A stretch of DNA of 64,000 nucleotides from the human T2T-CHM13v2.0 reference genome, Homo sapiens: the NCBI RefSeq assembly GCF_009914755.1, contig NC_060931.1; one strand, given 5' to 3'. A program made the position numbers and the translations under genes. Below are positions 52,384 to 64,000 of the stretch, one piece after another. Position 1 is the stretch's first letter. Each line of letters begins with the position of its first letter. The notes under the pieces were generated by a model. It saw only the letters and a program-made list of their open reading frames with translations, had not been told where the DNA came from and ran no database searches.

Positions 52384-52957
52384 GATCTGTCTCCCTTTTA
52401 GGATTCTGAGCACTTTTCTGCTTTTCTCCTTCACAGAAAGGGCCAGAGGCTGTTGACTTTCCCGTTACCAGTGAAAGCTAGCATCAGTTAGTAGCCACTT
52501 CCCATCGATTGGCAGGAAAGCAGCTGCCAGACCCGGCAAAGTCACACGAGGACGCAGGTAGGTAAGGGCTTCTCTTCACAAATATCAGTATTTCTTCTCC
52601 AGCAGTGACTGGAGCACTAGAAGATGTCAGAAAGGAGACTGCTTTGTTCTCTCTGTCCTGCCACTCGGCCCTGTGATGCTTCCCAGCATAGGATATAGCC
52701 TTACCCCTGAGTGAGCCGATGATGTCATAACTGTTTACGGTTTTCCCCTTTGCACTAGCTGACCTCTCTGGAATGTCTCTATGCTCTCTGTCTCTCTGGG
52801 TTCTGCCCACTTATGCACACTCTGCTTAGTTCTCCTCTACCTAGAAGCTGTCTCCCTTCCCCTGAGCCCCTGCTCCAAATTCCTGAAGCACATGCAGTCC
52901 CCATTATCACCATCCTAGAGCCAGATAGCCAGGGACTCCTCTCTCGGCTTGTGATAT

Positions 52958-53122
52958 ATTATTATTACTTTTTTAGAGACAGGATCTCACTCTGTCACCC
53001 AGGCTGGAGTGCTGTGGCATGATCACAGTTCACTGTAGCCTCAAATTCCTGGGCTCAAGTGATCTTTCTGCCTCAGCCTCCCAAGTAGCTAGGACTACAG
53101 GCGTGTACCACTGAACGTAGCT
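52958..53122 (-). mobile_element. FRAM/AluJ right monomer
   Basis: gacaggatctcactctgtcacc...ggactacaggcgtgtaccac. Confidence 0.85.
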
Positions 53123-53239
53123 TACGGTTCTAATTTCTGCAAGAATTATTAAAAAGGCCTCCTATGCTATGTTTGCCATAAGTTTTTGAAGTTTTGAGAC
53201 CCTGTCTCAAAATGAAAATACCTGATACAAGGTATGTGT

Positions 53240-53480
53240 TTTGTTTAGAGACAGGTTTTGGGACTGAGGCTGGAGTGCAGTGCTGCAATCATAGCTCACT
53301 ATAACTTCAAACTCCTGGGCTCAAGCAACCTTCCTGCCTCAGCCTCCTGAGTAGCTAGGACTACAGGTGCATGCCACCATGCCCAGCTAATTTTTCTATT
53401 TTTATTTTTGTAAAGATGGGGTCTCACTATGTTGCCCAAACTTCTCTCGAACTCCTGGCCTCAAGCCGCCCTCCTGCCTT
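53240..53480 (-). mobile_element. AluJ, 5'-truncated
   Basis: Reverse Alu ending at cctcctgccttg. Confidence 0.85.
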
Positions 53481-54295
53481 GTGGGCTTGCACTTTAGAAG
53501 GCTTCCCTCTGGCCCTCCTTGCAACAGGCCCCTCCCCACAGGGCACAGTATTTCTCGACTATGTTCATGTACCTGAGACACCAGAATTTCCTGCCCAAAT
53601 GATGCCCAGTCCCCTGCCAGGTGTTAAGTGTGTGACCACAGAGGACAGCTATTTGGCAGGAGTAGAGTGGGGACTTGGATGTATGGACCATCTTGTCTAC
53701 ACATATGTGCAAAACCCCCACAGGGTGTGGAAAAAGGAATGGAAGGAAGTTGCTGGGGTGGCCCTGAGCCAAGGGCCTTTGCTCATGTTCTTATTTGCAC
53801 TCTTGCAAATAAGGAGAGGCTCTGCAGAGGGCAGGGGGTGCCTGGTCCCACACATTTTAACATTCACTCCTTTCTGCCTAGCTTTATTCTCTAGGCAACA
53901 AGAATAGACGCCTTCTGAGGGTGAGAATCATGGCTTATCTTTTTTACATCTTCCATCCTATCAAGGGTTTCTGAACTGGCATGAGAAATTGACTGTGTCC
54001 ACTAGTGAGAACTTTGGCTAAGCAGGTACCACAGCCCCTCCTCAGAACATTTGCCAACTGAGTCTTTTCCTTTCCCACCTGGCCCTGGCTCAGGGGAGGA
54101 GGCTGGTAATCCACAGTCCTGGAGTTACTGGTCACCTTCTTCTTGACTCCAGAGGCAGCCTGTGCCTGGCTGGCTCTGAGAGGGCAGGGCAAATTTTACT
54201 CTGAGGTTCCTTGTAGAATTGGAAAGACAGCTGCATATGGTAGGGACTCAATAAATACTGGGTGAGCAAGATGTGAGTAAAACTGGGTGTAATGC

Positions 54296-54543
54296 TTTTT
54301 ATTTTTTGAGATGGCTCACTGCAACCTCTGCCTCCTGGGTTCAAGTGCTTCTCCTACTTCAGCCTCCTGAGTAGCTGGGATTACAGGCACATGCCACCAC
54401 ACCCAGCTAATTTTTGTATTTTTAGTAGAGACGGGGTTTCACCAGGTTGGCCAGGCTGGTCAGGAACTCCTGACCTCAAGTGACCTGGTGCCTTGGCCAC
54501 CCAAAGTGCTAGGATTACAGGCGTGAGCCACCATGCACAGCCC
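54296..54543 (-). mobile_element. AluS with right-arm deletion
   Basis: gagatg joined directly to gctcactgcaacc. Confidence 0.9.
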
Positions 54544-54698
54544 AGGGCCTGATGCTTTCTAGGAAGAAGAGGAGATGGAACAGGCCATCCCAGATGTGTG
54601 TGAGGCATGGGAAGGGATACCCTGGAGGGACATTCCTTTAGGGGCCATTAAACAGGCCAGGGACAAGGAGGACCTAAATCAGAGAAAATGCTTTGGGT

Positions 54699-55063
54699 AA
54701 GTTCCATCATAAAATGCTGCCACCCAGAACTAGAGAAACTCCAGGGGCACCCCAGTGGGTGTCCAGGGGGTGGCTCTGAGATGAGGTAGCTTGGCCCAGG
54801 GGCTGGTGGCCTCCCCCTGGGGCTAGAGACTGCAAGGCCAGGCCCCCTGGACTGCTTTAGACACTGGGGTCCCACTCTTCTGGCCGGGCTGCAGGTGGTA
54901 AAGTCTGGCCTGCTTGTGGGGAATGGGGATAGGCTTGGAAGAGGGAAATCCTTCCTGTGTCCTGAGTGGCTGCCTGGCTCTGGCCGTAGAGATGCTGTCA
55001 GGCTATCTGTCTGGAAGAGTAGATGATGGAGCTGATAGAATTTAAAAATGGCCAAGCTCTGTA
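54699..55063 (+). repeat. Inverted duplication, left arm
   Basis: Reverse complement of 55731-56102; ~35 differences plus one 7-bp indel by manual alignment. Confidence 0.95.
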
Positions 55064-55730
55064 GCCAGATTCCTGGGCTTCTTGGTGTCCACTGTGCTCT
55101 TTTATACCCTCTCTCTTTCTCCTAATTTAATGCACAAGACTACATTCAACTTAACTAGGATTATATGTCTTATAAATTTAATATTTAATATCCAAGCAAA
55201 GGCTCCCCCCCTGCATATTTATTAAAGATGTCCTGGGAAGAATGTTAATGAGTCATGACATCATAAATACTTGGAATGAAGGAGCTGGAGACAGGGAAGA
55301 GGGAAGAGGGGAGAGAGAAAACCAGATCATTTTAAGAACCAAAGAGGAATTAAATTTTCCTCTCAGATTGGGGTTTGTTGTATAGGCTGCTTGGATTTTC
55401 TGGCTGGGGCAGAAATACGATCTCAGGATTCAGAGCTGTGAGCTGTGTTCTTGTCCAAAGCCAGGCAGGCCTGGGGGTACCATGTGTGCTGGCTAAGTCA
55501 GACTTGTTTTGAATTTGGGTACATGCTGTGCTTTCAGGATGCCGAAGCACACATTTTAATGAATAATGGAGGAAAACATCCTAGCCAGATGTTGCACCCA
55601 TTCGTATCCTCTTCTCTGGTTATTTGAAAGTAGCATTGGTGTAGATTCAGCGTTTGGATGCTTGACTTTAATGCTGAATCTCCATCCAGAGGCTTCATAT
55701 TTTATAATTAAAATAACATGGGAAACCAGG

Positions 55731-56102
55731 TGCAGAGCTTGGCCATTTGTAAATTCAGCAGCTCCATTGTCCACTCCTCTGGACAGATAGCCTGACAGCA
55801 TCTCTAGGGCCAGCGCCAGGCAGCCATGCAGGACACAGGAAGGATTTCCTTCTTCCAATCCTATCCCCACTTCCCACAAGAAGGCCAGACTTTACTACCT
55901 GCAGCCCAGCCAGAGGAGTGGGATGCCAGCATCTACAGCAGTCCAGGGAGCCTGGCCTTGCAGCCTCTAGCCCCAAGGGGAGGCCCCCAGCCCCTGGGCC
56001 AAGCTACCTCATCCCTCATCTCAGAGCCACCCCTTGGACACCCACTGGGGTGCCCCCTGGAGTTTCTGTAGTTCTGGGTGGCAGCATTTTGTGATGGAAC
56101 TT
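55731..56102 (-). repeat. Inverted duplication, right arm
   Basis: See left arm; carries an extra cctcatc. Confidence 0.95.
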
Positions 56103-56107
56103 GCACT

Positions 56108-56259
56108 ACAGTGTGCGCCTGTTGTCTCAGCCACTTGGGAGGCTGAAATGGGAACAGCACTTGAGCTCAGGAGTTCAAGGTTAGCTTGGGCAACATAGTG
56201 AGACCCTCATCTCAAAACAAAAACCAAAAACCACACACACACACAAAAAGAACAAAAAA
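56108..56259 (+). mobile_element. FLAM-like Alu monomer
   Basis: gcgcctgttgtctcagccacttgggaggctga...gggcaacatagtgagaccctcatctcaaaa. Confidence 0.85.
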
Positions 56260-57079
56260 CCAGACAACAGGGAAATAACATGGGGAGGAGGAGTGATGGG
56301 GCAGAAAGAAGAAGAGAAGAAAGATTCTCCCACGGCTTTGTGGAGGCCTAAAAGCTCATCTCCAGAGCTGGAGAAGAACTTTTTCCTCATTCGATTCCCC
56401 AACTGCCTTATTTCTCTAGACGCGAATGATTCACAAATCCCTCTTTCCTGATGGGATTCATTTATTGAACATTTTGGGCTGAAAGGGATAAAAGGACACC
56501 AGGATGAGTTTCCCTTCCTGTGCCCTAATGACATCTCAGACAGAGCCCTGGATTTCCAGACCCTTTGTGGAACTAAAAAGCAGCCTGGTCTACACCAATG
56601 TAGAACTCACTTCTCAATCTTGCATCCGTTCAGGGCTCCACTCCTCCCTCTGCTCAGCTTGACATGGCCTCTCAGAGTGTTGCTGTGGTGGGGAAGAAAT
56701 GTCCAAACAGACCTGGGGAAGACTGAGCAGACCTCCTCCTGCTGGGACTGAATGAGATCCAGGCACTCCCTGTCTCTACAAAAGGTTCTGTTGGAGCCCC
56801 TTCACTTGACTTTGATTCTGGGAAGCTTCTTCCTCCCCTCCCCTAGGGAAGGCAGGTGTAATTGTAGTTGAGGGGAAGGCCTTCTTAAAAGTTTCTGGCA
56901 GCTTCCTTAAGAATGTAGGGAGCACTTCATGCCATTATTTTTGGATTTAAGACCTTAGCTGTAATTCGGCAAGCCAAGGCAATTGGAGAAATACCATTGA
57001 GCAAACTCTTTCATTAATATTCTGCAGTTGAAATGATATACTGACAGTCTCATATGCAGAGATTCCCTCCCATCTTCCC

Positions 57080-58170
57080 ATTCATTCATTCACACACTAA
57101 ACTCCTTGGCTCTTGTATCCTCCCAGGGGCTTAGTGTTAGGGATACAGATGTGAGCAAAACCAGTCATCCTTGCCTTCAGGGAGCTGACAGTCAGTGGAA
57201 AGGCAGAACAGCCCATAGAGAATCAGGGGATGGGTAAGTGGCCATGGGAGGGTACTCTGAGGCATCCAGCCTAATTGCTGGTGGCTGTCAGAGAAGGCTT
57301 TCTGGATAACTAAGTGAAAACGAAACAGTGAGACCTGAAGGCGGGGTAGGAATTAACTAGACGAAGGGGCTGAGCAACCTAGGCAGAGGGATCAGTATAT
57401 TAGTTTGTTCTCATGCTGCTAATAAAGACATACCCGAGACTGGGTAATTTATAAAGAGGTTTAATTGACTCACAGTTTCACATGGCTGTGGAGACCTCAC
57501 AATCATGGCAGCATGAGGGAATAGCAAAGTCACATCTTACATGGCAGGCAAGAAAGCATGTGTGCAGAGGAACTTCCCTTTATAAAACTATCAGATCTCC
57601 TGAGATTTATTCACTATCACGAGAACAGCATGGGAAAGGCCCACCCCCATCATTCAATTACCTACAACTGGGTCCCTCCCATGACATGTGGGAATTATAA
57701 GAGCTACAATTCAAGATGAAATTTGGGTGGGGACACAGCCAAACCATATCAAACTGTACGTGCAAAGGCCGAGAGGAGAGAAAGCCCAGGGTGATGGGAT
57801 CATAGAGGGTAGGGTTTGAGGGGGTGAGGATGAAGGGACAGCAGGCACTGAAAGGTGGCCAGAGCCTGAACATAAATGGCCTGGCACCTTGAGGGGCCTT
57901 TATCTTGAGGACAACAGGCATTTCTGGCATGTGTCCCACGGTGGGGCGGGGGACAATTCGTTTCCCAGCTACAAAACAATGCTTGGCTCTGGGTGGAGAA
58001 TGGAAGGTGGGGGGCGGGGCCTTGAGTCAGGGGGACCAGCTAGGAGGTTGCTTCCCTTTCTTCCAGTCCTGTTTGCCACTGGCCTAGTCCAGGGAAGAGA
58101 AGCTGATGGCCTGGACTGGGCTAATGGCAGACAGGACCAGGGCAAAGTAGACAGATTTGAAAAATGTCCT
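57080..58170 (-). mobile_element. L2, interrupted by a THE1 LTR
   Basis: cattcattcattca end; ccttgccttcagggagctgacagtc; ggggaccagctaggaggttgc. Confidence 0.65.
57396..57751 (-). mobile_element. THE1B/C-like solo LTR
   Basis: tatattagtttgttctcatgctgctaataaagacatacccgagactggg...ggacacagccaaaccatatca. Confidence 0.93.
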
Positions 58171-58855
58171 GTTTCTTATTTGCATACTCCAATTTTTTAT
58201 TGCAGAAAGAGCAAAGAAGTCCTCAACAGGGCAAGTGCCCCCTTTGTCTGTGATCTCACCTCCATGTCCAGCCTGTCCACTAGCTTCACCGATGGCCACC
58301 CCAAAGATTTACAAGCATAGACTTTAGTCCCTTGGTTCTGGGGTCAAGGCAAATGTAGTTGTAAAGTGAGTTGCCATGGCAACCCAAAAAGAGCTTGGGT
58401 TTGGCCTGGCAGATTGGAGGTGATAGAGGCAAACATGCATTGATGAGTGAAGGAGTTTGTGACTCTGACACAGAGCTGAGGAAATCAGAATTGTTTCCTA
58501 TGTGCCCAGCCACATCACTCTGGTAGGCTAGGCAGTGAGGCCAGGCAGCCCTGGGAGGAGGCAGGTCTGAGTTCTGACCTGGTGGGAACCAGTAGGAGGG
58601 TCATGGTGACTAAGGTAACTGGAAGTCTTATGGCCCGTGGGGGATGTATATGGTGGCCTTGCCATCTGAGATCCAAAGGGCAGGGAGGTGCTGCAGTCAT
58701 GGAGGGGTGGGCAGCAGGCAGATCCCAGGCAGATGGGCTTTGTCACCCAGGAGGGAGTTTTCTGGGAGGGGCTGGGGGGCTTATGAGGGATACCTCAGTG
58801 CTGCCCTTGAGAATGTCATGGTAACTCATGGGGCTCTCAGCTCTGTGAGGGCTTC

Positions 58856-59501
58856 TTTTTTTTAAATTTAAATTTTAGATTCAGGGGGTGCATGTGCAGG
58901 TTTGTTACAAGGGTATGTTGCATGATGCTGAGGTTTGGGCTTCTGTTGATTCCATCGCCTAAATAGTAAGCATAATACACAGTAGGAGGCTTCTTGACAG
59001 CCCTGGCTCCCCTCCCTTCCTCCCTGCTTTTGGAGCCCTTGATGTCTTTTGTTCCCATCTTTATGTTCATGTGTAGCCAATGTTTAGCTCCCACTTATAA
59101 GTGGGAATATGTGAGGTATTGTTTTCCATTTCTATGTTAATTGGCTTAGGATAATGGCCTCCAGCTATATCCATGTTGCAATGGTTGCAAAACATATGAT
59201 TTCATTATCTTTTATGGCTGAGTTGTACTCCATGGCATATATGTACCACATTTGCTTTATCCAGTCTTCTGTTGATGGGCACCTAGGTTGATTCCATGCC
59301 TTTGCTATTATGAGTAGTGCTGCAATGAACATAGAGTGCAGGTCTTTTTGGTAGAACAATTTATTTTCCTTTGGGTAGATACCCGGTAATGGGATTGCTA
59401 GCTTGAATGGTAGCTATTTTTAATTTTTTTTGAGAAATCTCCAAACTGCTTTCCACAGGGGCTGAACTAATTTACATTCGCACCAATGGTGTATAAGTGT
59501 T
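58856..59501 (-). mobile_element. 5'-truncated older L1P (PA15/16-like)
   Basis: ttttagattcagggggtgcatgtgcaggtttgttac 3' UTR; peptide MFIAALLIIAKAWNQPRCPS; 12-bp TSD tgtgagggcttc. Confidence 0.92.
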
Positions 59502-59914
59502 TGTGAGGGCTTCATATATCATCGGGAGCTTCAGTAGTAAACTTCCAGGATAGAGTCCAGGGCAGCCTCTTCCCCGCCCCCTCCCTCCATATCCACCTTG
59601 ATTCTTATTCATGACTGCTCTGCTCCAGTGGTGCCTTCTGTGGTGGTGAGATTCTCGGACACTGTTGGAATTCTCCCTGTTGCATTATACCCTGCTTGTC
59701 TCCCTATTAATCATCGGACACCTTGTAGGACTTTGGTGACATCCTGGTGTGAAAGCATTAGACTGATGTTTCAAAGCCTGAGAAAAAGAAGCTAGAAAAG
59801 ATCTCTGAAGCTCTTTCCACAGATAATCTGCCTTCCTCTTCATTTCTTTCTTTCTTTCGATATCTTAAGAATAGAAGAGCAGAACAGTGAGTGGAATATC
59901 TAATTCTACTCATA

Positions 59915-60109
59915 GCCACCATTTGCTGAGTGTTTGCCATGGGCTGGGCATGGTGACAGGTACTTTATTTTCTATTTTCAATATAGCAGCTCATCACAAC
60001 CATCCAACAAGGCAGGTACTATGTTATCACCATGGAGAAAATGGTGCCTACAGAGTTACATGAATTCATCCAAGGCTATTCAGAGAATAAGTGGCAGGAA
60101 ATTAGCTAA

Positions 60110-60110
<1 letters not shown>
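59915..60110 (-). mobile_element. MIR
   Basis: catttgctgagtgtttgccatgggctgggca...ctcatcacaacc...aggcaggtactatgttatc. Confidence 0.6.
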
Positions 60111-61270
<1,160 letters not shown>

Positions 61271-61827
61271 CTGCATGAAGGCACCTATTTGGGGGGTTAG
61301 TGGGGGCTCGAATGCAGATTTCATTCTGCTTACCGCATGGTGCTTCCACAGGGGTTTGTCCACTCTCAAAAGGCTTCTTTTTGTAATTTGCACAGGGGCT
61401 TGCTATGGGCCACTGCTTGTCATGTGGACCCCTAAACTCTGTGGGCCTCAGAGACATCTAGGGGTGCCCTGGAGAGTGAGTTAAGGCAGGAGGTGGGTCT
61501 GGGAAGGTGGCCTTGACGGTGAGGAAGGTGTCAGGGTCTTGCCTTAAACTGCCTCTAGAGGTTTTCCTAGTGTCCTTCTGAAGCTCTTACTGACTACAAG
61601 AGGGTGTTGAATGAATAGGGGCTTAGCACAGCTTCCTGGGTCAGGCAAGCAGCTTTCATAGAGCTTCAGAGCTGTTTCCACATTCCTGAGACTCTAAGAG
61701 GTCTCTTGGCAGGACTTATATGGGGCCTGGCAGGAGATAAGTTCTTGATCTCTGTTCTCCCTGGATCCTACCTCTGTCCAAACCTCTGGGTCTCAGGATA
61801 CCCTTGTGTGCCAGGCACAGGGGTGAC

Positions 61828-61995
61828 ACTATGAGGTTAAGGGCGTGGACTCTCAAGCCAGATTGCTGGGTTCAAATCCCAGCTCCTCGAGCTACTAGTT
61901 GTGCGGCCTGACCTTTCCGTACCTTATTTTCCTATCTATAAAATGTCAATAATAATAGTACACATTAAATGAGTTAATATGTATGTGAGATTAAA
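61828..61995 (+). mobile_element. MIR
   Basis: ggttaagggcgtggactctcaagccagattgctgggttcaaatcccagctc...ctataaaatgtcaataataatagtac. Confidence 0.85.
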
Positions 61996-63111
61996 AGAAA
62001 CTGGGGCCAGAAGATCTAGCAGCCGAATTCACCTCCTAGGGAATCACAAAAGTATATAGTGGGGGACCCTGCAGCTTGCTGGCATGGTTGGGCACAAGAT
62101 GAAGGTAGGAAAAACTCATTGAGACGACAGGGACTCCTCTATATGGAGACCCTATTCCTGTAGCCCTGAGGTGCCTGGGTGATGGGTAAAGTCCTGTTGG
62201 GGAGGAGGCCTGCAGGGTTTGAGGCTGCAGCCTGCACATGAACTGGGCGGCAGTGAGCACCGATTTGGGGCAGTGGTGGTCCCAGGAAGGGAGCAGCTGT
62301 CACAGTGGTCCTCTCTTTGGCTGATTTTGCATTTGAATCACAAGCAGGATAAAGCTGGAGGCAGAAGGAAGCTTCCGAGGTAAACTTGCAGGCAGTGGGA
62401 GGCTTGGGCAGAGGCAAAGAGGAAGCTAGTCCTAAGCGTGTGTTGTATCTGCTGGGCTGGCGCTTGCCTCATTTGGAGCTGAGAGCCTTTTTAAGAGAGG
62501 ACAGGCTTGGTTTTGAGATGGAACGCCATATTTCATATACTTACCAGTAGCCTTTTAAAAACAATTTGAAGCTTCCCTGGGTCAGAGACTGATGTGATTT
62601 TCAATGGGCTGACATCAAAGCAGCTCCCCTGAGCATAACGGGATGTCAGGTCCCCACAATTATCTTAGGAAGGGTTGGTTGCCAGCCTGGAGCCCCTAGC
62701 CTCCAAGTTCTGGTTCATCTGCTGTATTGTGAAAAAGTAATTTGAGGGAAGGGGAGAAGAAGGAGGAACCTGCCTGGGGCCTTTGCATGGGTCTTGCAAA
62801 GGCGAGGGGGACAGGTGGGGGTTACTATAGGTCTTTACATGGCACTGACCAGTAAAAAAATCAAACAAACCGTGACTAACAGGAGGGAGCTGATACCTTT
62901 TGTCAAGCAAGAATGTTAGAAAAGAAACAACCTGCTCCCCACCTTAAAAGAACAGAAAGAACAGTAGCAGCAACAACAGCAAAACCCACTGTTACTACTA
63001 TTACCAATTCGTGAAAGAAGGGATATTTTAACATGAAAAAGGACTATTCCTAGGAGTGGAATATTCTTGGAATAAAGGACAATTTTCCCAAGAAAGGAAG
63101 GTTGGCTACCT

Positions 63112-63134
63112 TGCACGCACGCGCGCGCGCGCAC

Positions 63135-63169
<35 letters not shown>

Positions 63170-63170
63170 C
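63112..63170. repeat. (CG)n(CA)n microsatellite
   Basis: tgcacgcacgcgcgcgcgcgcacacacac... Confidence 0.95.
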
Positions 63171-64000
63171 CTGAATTATCCTTGTTTTTATTTTTCATCT
63201 TGTGTGGGTCTGATGAAAACTGTCTCATAAATAGGCCTGCTAGATAAGTTGGCTTAGGGGACAAATGACTCTGGGGCTCACCAAGTGTGGGGTGTGAAGA
63301 GAGGACAGTGGAGGGCTTAGATGGAAGAAATGGCTGAGAGATGGTCTGCCCTACTCCAGAGGCTGGTAGAGTGGGGGAATCTTCTAAAAGCAGGCCAGGC
63401 CGATTCTTTTAATGCAACACATTTTAGATTCAGGAAAGAACGGGAGCAAGGGGGAATAATAACAGACTCTCTGAAGGTCAATTACTCTGCTTTCCAGTGG
63501 ACTTTTCTTCCATTTCCCCCTCTTCCTTCATATAGCCCTCACTGTTTGCTGAGCCAATGACCACTGCCCCCTCCATAAAGGTGGACTGAATTTTCCCTTC
63601 ACAAAGAAGCTCTGTCCAACTCAAAGGCCTAGACATAACTTCATCAGGCTCAAGCAGAGTTCAGCTGGGAAGCCCAAGTCTAGAACTCCCAGGATCCAGT
63701 GAAAGTGAAGCACTTTCTGTAAGTTGACAGAAACTTACTTTCTGTAAGTTTACTTCGGCTGGTGGATCACTCCCTGGGGACCCACGTGATAGGTTATTAA
63801 CAGCTTCTCCAGGAGACACAGTTTTTAGCAGCATCACCTTCAGAGACCTTTCTCAGGCTCAGCTTTTTTATTTGTTGTTTGAAGCTGCTGACTTACATCG
63901 TATTTGTCTGCTCTTACTGTGAGTTCTGGCCATCTCCCAAGTGGGAAAATGCCTGGCAAAACATCAATTTCCTCTGAACGGAGATTCTGAATCGTCCATG

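Overview
Primate, most likely human, genomic DNA: AluJ/S/Y, L1PA/L1M, THE1/MLT1 LTRs, MIR, L2, L3 and a hAT remnant. I found no intact protein-coding gene. The ORF track consists of Alu/L1-derived or low-complexity artefacts, except 30896-31132, which belongs to a full-length, disabled RPS15A processed pseudogene (30808-31275, minus). The window looks intergenic or intronic, with a dense L1/Alu block at ~30-47 kb. The most notable structures not explained by repeats are: (1) a ~365-bp, ~90%-identical inverted duplication of apparently non-repeat DNA (54699-55063 / 55731-56102) around a ~670-bp spacer; (2) a ~790-bp (GAT/GGT)n expansion seeded inside a MIR; (3) two same-orientation CTCF sites with upstream modules; (4) retrotransposition relics: a fully orderable nested Alu/L1 stack with a twin-priming inversion, a second inverted L1, and a tail-only poly(A) insertion; (5) a perfect 58-bp duplication inside an ancient hAT element and a ~64-bp minisatellite. 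I could not assign the locus and see no evidence for a new gene system. Subfamily calls, identities and coordinates were made by eye and are approximate.
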